Origin: a virus
IMG/VR virus record: IMGVR_UViG_3300043496_000120
Span: 1-59,071 of that record
Strand: one strand, 5' to 3'
DNA length: 59,071 bases
The first letter of the stretch is position 1. Each line of letters begins with the position of its first letter. Under the pieces are notes generated by a model that was given only the letters and a program-made list of their open reading frames with translations, did not search any database and was not told where the DNA came from. The translations under genes and the position numbers were made by a program. Below are positions 53,912-59,071 of this stretch, in pieces.

Positions 53912-54164
53912 GGGTTTTTGGGTGACGTTCAAACGTGACCAAAAGACGCGCACGATCACCGGGCTGTTCCGCCTGCACGAGCCCGTCGAGGCGGGCGAGA
54001 CGCGGCCCGTGCTTCGCCTGGTGCGCGACTGTCGCAAGCTGCTGTGGAAACAGCGGTTCGCGATGCGGCACGAGCTGATCCGCCGAGGCGCCAGGCTCCG
54101 CACCATCATCCGCTACATCCGCACGGGTGACAGCGGCAACATCCCGCAATTCGAGGAATTCTAA
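53904..54164 (+). CDS. hypothetical basic protein (86 aa)
   Basis: in-frame ATG at 53904. Confidence 0.45.
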   Translation: MSKGFWVTFKRDQKTRTITGLFRLHEPVEAGETRPVLRLVRDCRKLLWKQRFAMRHELIRRGARLRTIIRYIRTGDSGNIPQFEEF

Positions 54165-54165
54165 A

Positions 54166-54936
54166 ATGGAAGGCGAGCTGATCCCGAGGGAAGTCGAGAA
54201 CGACGGCGCCGCGCTGGCGATCGTCATGGAGGCCGACGAGCTGTCTGACGCAGCCGGCTACATCGCCATCGCGAGCCCTGGTGAGCTGGAGTTCGCGGCC
54301 GCCGAACTGCGCAACATCGTCACGAAGAAAGACGCGATCGAGGCCACGTTCAAGCGGCTGAAGGAACCGTTTCAGAAAGGTATCGACGGGCTCCGCGCAT
54401 TCTTCGACATGCCGATCAAGCGTCTGAACGCGGCCGAGGCCGAGATCAAACAGCGGATCAACGTGTACCAGGGCCACGAGCAGGCGAAGGCGGCCGAGGC
54501 GCGCCGCGAGATCAGCACCACGCGCGAAGACCGCGTGCTGGAGCTACAAGACAAGGCGGCCGAGGCCGAGGCCGCGTCGATCATCGCGCCGAACGAACAG
54601 CGCGCCGAGTGCCTGGCCGCGCTGGCGACCGAGTATCGCCGGCAGATCGACGAGATCGAGCACGCTGACGCGCCGGTCGGTTCCGTTCCGGTCGTGCCAT
54701 CGGCTGCCGGCGTGTCGCGTCGATCGAATTGGAAGGGCGAGATCGAGGAGGATGGCGGCATCGACAAGCTGTGGGACGCCGCCTACAAAGACGGCACGCT
54801 GCGCAATCTGTTCAAGCTCGACGAGTCGGCGCTGAACAACCTGGCGAAGCTCACGAAGGGCGCGCGCAAGATTCCCGGCGTCCGCTTCTACGACAAGGGC
54901 AGCGTCGCTGTCCGTCGCAACCCGAGGGCCGTGTGA
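54166..54936 (+). CDS. hypothetical coiled-coil protein (256 aa)
   Basis: ATG at 54166 just after the upstream TAA. Confidence 0.6.
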   Translation: MEGELIPREVENDGAALAIVMEADELSDAAGYIAIASPGELEFAAAELRNIVTKKDAIEATFKRLKEPFQKGIDGLRAFFDMPIKRLNAAEAEIKQRINVYQGHEQAKAAEARREISTTREDRVLELQDKAAEAEAASIIAPNEQRAECLAALATEYRRQIDEIEHADAPVGSVPVVPSAAGVSRRSNWKGEIEEDGGIDKLWDAAYKDGTLRNLFKLDESALNNLAKLTKGARKIPGVRFYDKGSVAVRRNPRAV

Positions 54937-55181
54937 TGAGCATCGAGCATCGCGAGGGAATCCAGAAAATCAACGAGGAGCTGGCCGTGCTCGACGCGAC
55001 CTATGCCAGCATGGAACGGCTGAACGACATCGGCGGCGAGAACAAGCTGACGGTCGTGGTTGTCGCGCTGTCGCCGGCCGAGGCGCGTGCGCTGTACGAG
55101 CAACGCGTGCTGAAGTCGAAGGCCACGCTGCGCACGCTCGGCTACAGCGGAGCGATCGTCAGCACGACGGCCGACAAGTGA
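54936..55181 (+). CDS. hypothetical protein (81 aa)
   Basis: TGATG overlap. Confidence 0.5.
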   Translation: MSIEHREGIQKINEELAVLDATYASMERLNDIGGENKLTVVVVALSPAEARALYEQRVLKSKATLRTLGYSGAIVSTTADK

Positions 55182-55666
55182 ACGCCGAGATCAGCGTCGA
55201 CGGACGCTACCGCTACCGCCTCGATCGCGCGCTTGCTGAAACGGGTATAGTCGTCGCCTTCTTTGGCGTGAACCCGAGCCGAGCTGATGCGGAGATCGAC
55301 GACCCGACGTCGCGGAAGTGGAAGTACTTCGCTCGCAAGCTCGGAGCGCGCAAGTACATCGCCGGCAACCCGTTCGCGCTGCGCTCGCACGACGTCAAAG
55401 AGCTGGCTGTCGCGGTCGACCCGATCGGATGGATGAACGAGTGGTACTTGCAGCAGATCATCGCCGAGGCCGACGTGCTCGTTCCGTGCTGGGGCTCGCG
55501 CATGAAACTACTGCCGGCGCTGCGACCGAAGCTCGACAACCTGGCGTCGATGCTCAGCGCGTCAGGCAAGCCGCTCAAGATATTCGGGCTCACGGCGAGC
55601 GGTGACCCGAAGCACCCGCTGATGCTCAGCTACGAAACACCACTCATTGACTGGAGGAGACCATGA
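55178..55666 (+). CDS. DUF1643-family protein (162 aa)
   Basis: RYRYRL...FGVNPSRADAEIDDPT...WG...GDPKHPL pattern. Confidence 0.65.
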   Translation: MNAEISVDGRYRYRLDRALAETGIVVAFFGVNPSRADAEIDDPTSRKWKYFARKLGARKYIAGNPFALRSHDVKELAVAVDPIGWMNEWYLQQIIAEADVLVPCWGSRMKLLPALRPKLDNLASMLSASGKPLKIFGLTASGDPKHPLMLSYETPLIDWRRP

Positions 55667-55908
55667 ACGAAAAAGAATTTCTCGCGCACGTGCGCAAGCA
55701 GATCAAGGGCGCGCCGAGCATTCAGGCGGCGGCTGACAAACTCGGCTGCTCGCGCGGCCAGCTCTCGAACTTTCTCTCGGGCCGGCGACCGGCCAGCGCC
55801 GAGATGCTGCGCGGCATGCGCATGGGCCGCGTGAAGCAATGGGTGTATCTGCCGGTCAAGACCCGGAGGAAAAAGGCCCGTGCAAAGACAGCTCGTAAAA
55901 AGCAGTAA
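55663..55908 (+). CDS. HTH DNA-binding protein with a basic tail (81 aa)
   Basis: AAADKLGCSRGQLSNFLSG helix-turn-helix. Confidence 0.55.
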   Translation: MNEKEFLAHVRKQIKGAPSIQAAADKLGCSRGQLSNFLSGRRPASAEMLRGMRMGRVKQWVYLPVKTRRKKARAKTARKKQ

Positions 55909-56089
55909 CATCAAGTCGGTAGGATACAGCGATGAAACGGCCACTCTTGAGGTGGAGTTCAAGAGTGGCGGAACGTACCAGTACTACGACGTTCCTCGTA
56001 GTGTGTACGACGAGATGATGAAGGCCAGCTCGATCGGCAGCTTCTTCGCCACTCGCATCAAGTCGAACTACCGATCCGATCCTGTTTGA
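55880..56089 (+). CDS. KTSC-domain protein (69 aa)
   Basis: SSNIKSVGYSDETATLEVEFKSGGTYQYYDVP pattern. Confidence 0.7.
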   Translation: MQRQLVKSSNIKSVGYSDETATLEVEFKSGGTYQYYDVPRSVYDEMMKASSIGSFFATRIKSNYRSDPV

Positions 56090-56132
56090 CCGCAGCCGCG
56101 CGGCTCGCGGCATCCTTGCAAGGAGAACACGA

Positions 56133-56717
56133 ATGACAAACCCAACACCGACGCCCGCGGCGCCATCGCCGCCGAAGCCCGCCATCACGCCGGGGCCGGG
56201 CATCATCACGCAGCCGTTCAAGCCGCTGCTCGTCAATCCGTTTGGCCGTCCGTTCGCAACGCAGTGTCCGCAGCGCGACTACGGCTACGACGCGAATCAA
56301 GGTCATGGCGGATTCGGCCCGCGCATCACGCGCCAGTGCAACATCGCGCCGCAGGGTCGCGGCGGCCGCTGCACCGAGTACAGCAAGCCCGAAGGCCACA
56401 GCATCGCGCTCGCGTTCGCCGTCGCCAGCCAGAACGTCGCCGCCGATTTCTTCGAGTTCGCGAAGGACTTGAACAATTCGACGCAGCAGCCGATGGACGC
56501 GTACCTGGTCTCCGGCGACGGTCGCATCCTGGGCCACTTCACCGGCCGCGACACGGACACGGATCAGCCTCACTGCTGGTACGTCACGACGGGCGTCGTC
56601 CACAACGGCAAGACAGCAGCGCTCGCGAACGGCATCTACTTCTACGTCATCGACACGCCGGACGGCCACGCTGCAAACATGCCCGTGTGGCACAACGGGT
56701 CGAACCAGTTCAACTAG
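56133..56717 (+). CDS. hypothetical protein (194 aa), Pro-rich N-terminus
   Basis: ORF track. Confidence 0.6.
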   Translation: MTNPTPTPAAPSPPKPAITPGPGIITQPFKPLLVNPFGRPFATQCPQRDYGYDANQGHGGFGPRITRQCNIAPQGRGGRCTEYSKPEGHSIALAFAVASQNVAADFFEFAKDLNNSTQQPMDAYLVSGDGRILGHFTGRDTDTDQPHCWYVTTGVVHNGKTAALANGIYFYVIDTPDGHAANMPVWHNGSNQFN

Positions 56718-59071
56718 AACTGGTCGTGTAGAGAATCGAGGAAAGGACCGTATTGATCCAGCAGCTTGATGCGCACGTCTGTCGCGTTATCGAGCTGCTG
56801 GCGTTTTTCCTCCGGGCCGATGAACGGGTTTTGCATGATCTGTTTCTCGGCCGAGCGAATCTTCGACACGTCGCGACTCATCGCATCGAGCGTCGCGCGA
56901 TTCTGAAACGCCGGTCGACTCATCAGCTCCCGCGCGTGCTCCGTGTCTCCCTGCTGCACCGTCGACTGAAACGACTGAAACGTTGCGTCAGCCTCGGCGC
57001 GCATCTCGTACAGCTTGTCCTCGTACTTCGATCGGTCGCCAGAGTCGCTGTCGCCGGCATAGAACCGCTTCACGACCGGCATATCCTGGAGCCGCTTCGT
57101 CGGCGCGCTCGGCGCCAGGCCCGAAGCTCGGGCCAGCCAGTCGCCGGCATCGAGCGCGTAGACGCCCATGGTGCCGGCGAGCGCGCGTGTCAGGTGCTCG
57201 ACGCGCTGCGGTGAGTTCAGCCAGGGCACCTTGCTGAAGCCGCTGGCGATGGCCTTCGCGGTGACGTGCGTGAACGGCGAGTACTGCGTTTCGGGCAGCT
57301 CGTCGGCCGTCGACGCCGGCACGATCGCGCGCCAGCTCGACGTGTCCTTGTTCGCCCACTGCTCGACGCCCTGGCGGATGATCTGCGGCAAGAAGTTCAG
57401 CCGCATCTCCTCGGTCACCATCACCTGCATGGCGTGCAGCGTGTCGCGCGTCGTGTCGTTTCCGTTCAAGCGCTGCATGATCCGCTCCGGCAGCGAGCCG
57501 AAGACCACGCCGGCCTCGAACGGCTTCGGCAGCTTGAAGTGCTGATCGCCGATGAAGAAATGCCAGTAGCGATCCTTGTCGTCGTTCGACAGCCGGTTGT
57601 AGCGCGGGTCGTCCTGATTCTTCCACGCGTTCGCGATCGTCGCCGCCAGGAGAACGGAGCCGCGCAGCATGTACGACTTGAGCTGCGACGTGTCGCCGGC
57701 CTTGGCGTTCGCCACTCCCGCGCCACGCATGAAACGGTAAAGGCCCTGCATGCCCGCGTTCCAGAACGGAGCCGTGGCAGAGAGAATGCGCGCCGCGGTG
57801 TAGTCGCCGCGCATCGAGTAGTTCAAGATGTCCTGCGCCTGGTACGCCGCCTCCGCCATGGAGCCGCCGCGCGCGAGCACAGACTTCGCGATGGCGATGC
57901 GGCTCGATGCCTCGGCCGCGATGCCGACACGGTTGTAGAAGTCGAGACCCTTGCCGGCCAGGCCGATGATCGTCGTCTTGCCGTAGTTCCGTTCGAGCTG
58001 CGTGCGGACCTTCGCGCCCTGCGTTTCATAGTGCGGAGCGACGCCGACGCCGGCCATCATCAGCTTGCTTACGATCGGATCGCCGCGCACTGAGCTGATG
58101 GCGCCCTTCATGTTGTCGACGAACGGCGTGATCGGCGAGTGTGAGCCCACCCAATTTATGAGCGTGTCGCGGAACCAGGTCGCGGCCATGAAGCCTGGGT
58201 CTTTCGTCACGCCCCAGGTGACGCCGCGCTTCGCGCTCGACAGCACGCCGATCACCTTGCCGAACGAGTCGTGACCCATGGCGCCGATCGTGCGCAGCAG
58301 CAGCGGATCGGTGACGCGGTAGTACTCCTGCTTGCCGTTGCGCATGATCGGCACGACGTCGGGATCGGTCGGCGCAACGCGCTGGAAGACGGTCGACCAC
58401 TGCGCCTTCTCGGCCGGCGTGAGTCTGTCGACCTCGACCGTCGCCCAATGCTTCGACGGCTGGATGTTCGGCGACGCGTGCTGCTGGTGCAGCGCCGAGC
58501 CGGAAAAGAATCCGCCCTTCTCAAGCGCCCGCGCGAGATCGCCGACTGAAACGCTGACGGCCTTGTTCGCCATCGGCACGCGCTCCAGCACCGTACCCTC
58601 GCCCATGTCGAGCAGGCGATTCATGAACTCCTGCTTGTACGTGCGATCGAGCACGTAGGCCGTGTTCGCCAGGATGTTCTCGAACACGTTGTCCACCTTC
58701 TCCTCGCTGCCGGTGAGGCGGCGCGAGTAAATCTTTTGGTTCGCGGTGACCGATCCGCGTTTCGTCTTCGGTGCGTTCGTCTGCTCCAGCTCCTCCATCG
58801 CGCGATAGAACGGCACGTAGAAGTTCGCTTTCCACGACGCCGCCTCGGCGTCAGAGATCGCGCCGCGATCGGCGGCCAGGTCGAGCAGGTGATTGTTGAA
58901 TTCCTGGAAGTCGTCGGCCACCTTCTTGAAGACCGGATACTTCAGTTCGAGGGCGAGCCCGCGATTGATGTCCTCCTGCGAAAAGTTCTGCTCGCGCAGC
59001 GTGCCGTTGACGTTCGTCTCTTTGATGAGGCGATCGGCACGACGCGCGGCGGCATAGAACTCCCACAACGG
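56714..59071 (-). CDS. 3' part (785 codons plus stop) of the giant ORF that continues from 1..5425 across the circle junction
   Basis: track ORF 56714..59068 is open to the window edge. The frame is conserved across the junction (58944 is divisible by 3). Confidence 0.8.
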   Translation of the reverse strand, partial: PLWEFYAAARRADRLIKETNVNGTLREQNFSQEDINRGLALELKYPVFKKVADDFQEFNNHLLDLAADRGAISDAEAASWKANFYVPFYRAMEELEQTNAPKTKRGSVTANQKIYSRRLTGSEEKVDNVFENILANTAYVLDRTYKQEFMNRLLDMGEGTVLERVPMANKAVSVSVGDLARALEKGGFFSGSALHQQHASPNIQPSKHWATVEVDRLTPAEKAQWSTVFQRVAPTDPDVVPIMRNGKQEYYRVTDPLLLRTIGAMGHDSFGKVIGVLSSAKRGVTWGVTKDPGFMAATWFRDTLINWVGSHSPITPFVDNMKGAISSVRGDPIVSKLMMAGVGVAPHYETQGAKVRTQLERNYGKTTIIGLAGKGLDFYNRVGIAAEASSRIAIAKSVLARGGSMAEAAYQAQDILNYSMRGDYTAARILSATAPFWNAGMQGLYRFMRGAGVANAKAGDTSQLKSYMLRGSVLLAATIANAWKNQDDPRYNRLSNDDKDRYWHFFIGDQHFKLPKPFEAGVVFGSLPERIMQRLNGNDTTRDTLHAMQVMVTEEMRLNFLPQIIRQGVEQWANKDTSSWRAIVPASTADELPETQYSPFTHVTAKAIASGFSKVPWLNSPQRVEHLTRALAGTMGVYALDAGDWLARASGLAPSAPTKRLQDMPVVKRFYAGDSDSGDRSKYEDKLYEMRAEADATFQSFQSTVQQGDTEHARELMSRPAFQNRATLDAMSRDVSKIRSAEKQIMQNPFIGPEEKRQQLDNATDVRIKLLDQYGPFLDSLHDQF
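58945..59071. repeat. second copy of the 127-bp terminal overlap
   Basis: identical to 1..127. Confidence 0.95.

Noticed and set aside
1-59071. The 7-mer excess as a by-product of a repeated peptide or codon bias
   Set aside because: Copies occur in both orientations relative to the genes, in multiple reading frames and in intergenic DNA. They use codons that run against the genome's G/C-ending bias.

Overview
The window is a complete tailed-phage genome with high G+C (about two-thirds by eye). Bases 1-127 are identical to 58945-59071, so it closes into a 58,944-bp circle. I support about 90 protein genes. I found no tRNA, rRNA, CRISPR array, integrase or transposase.

There are four transcription blocks:
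- L1 (minus strand) runs from 38512 leftwards and wraps through coordinate 1 to 56714. It carries early accessory genes, a lysis cassette, TerS/TerL, portal, scaffold, major capsid, tail genes, a spanin pair, a run of low-complexity virion proteins and a giant ORF.
- R1 (plus strand) holds a secreted-protein moron (38677-39021) and the genes from 39544 to 45547. These include a DUF3560-methyltransferase fusion and a ribbon-helix-helix gene.
- L2 (minus strand, 52114 to 45536) holds a Cro-like regulator, a VRR-NUC nuclease, an SF2 helicase and a primase/helicase.
- R2 (plus strand, 52215-56717) holds a RecT-like annealase, a PD-(D/E)XK exonuclease, DUF1643, an HTH protein and a KTSC protein.

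The gene content (no tape measure, sheath or tube; a 772-aa nozzle-like protein; many internal-virion-type proteins; overlapped Rz/Rz1) suggests a podovirus-like phage of a Gram-negative host.

Most notable observations:
1. The 7-mer TGAAACG/CGTTTCA occurs about 95-100 times, against roughly 4-5 expected. It appears in both orientations and several reading frames, sometimes as inverted pairs.
2. A 2,551-codon ORF crosses the circle junction, but its coding signal leaves the ORF frame for about 380 nt (2335-2715). Two small ORFs occupy another frame there. The upstream module has no stop and the downstream module has no plausible start.
3. A Spo11/Topo VI-A-like 'Mini-A' gene.
4. An iteron array (AGGTGGT) flanking a polypyrimidine tract in the main divergent control region.
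5. Back-to-back divergent promoters whose -35 boxes are the arms of one palindrome.

All coordinates and counts come from manual reading. Function calls rest on remembered family motifs, not searches.
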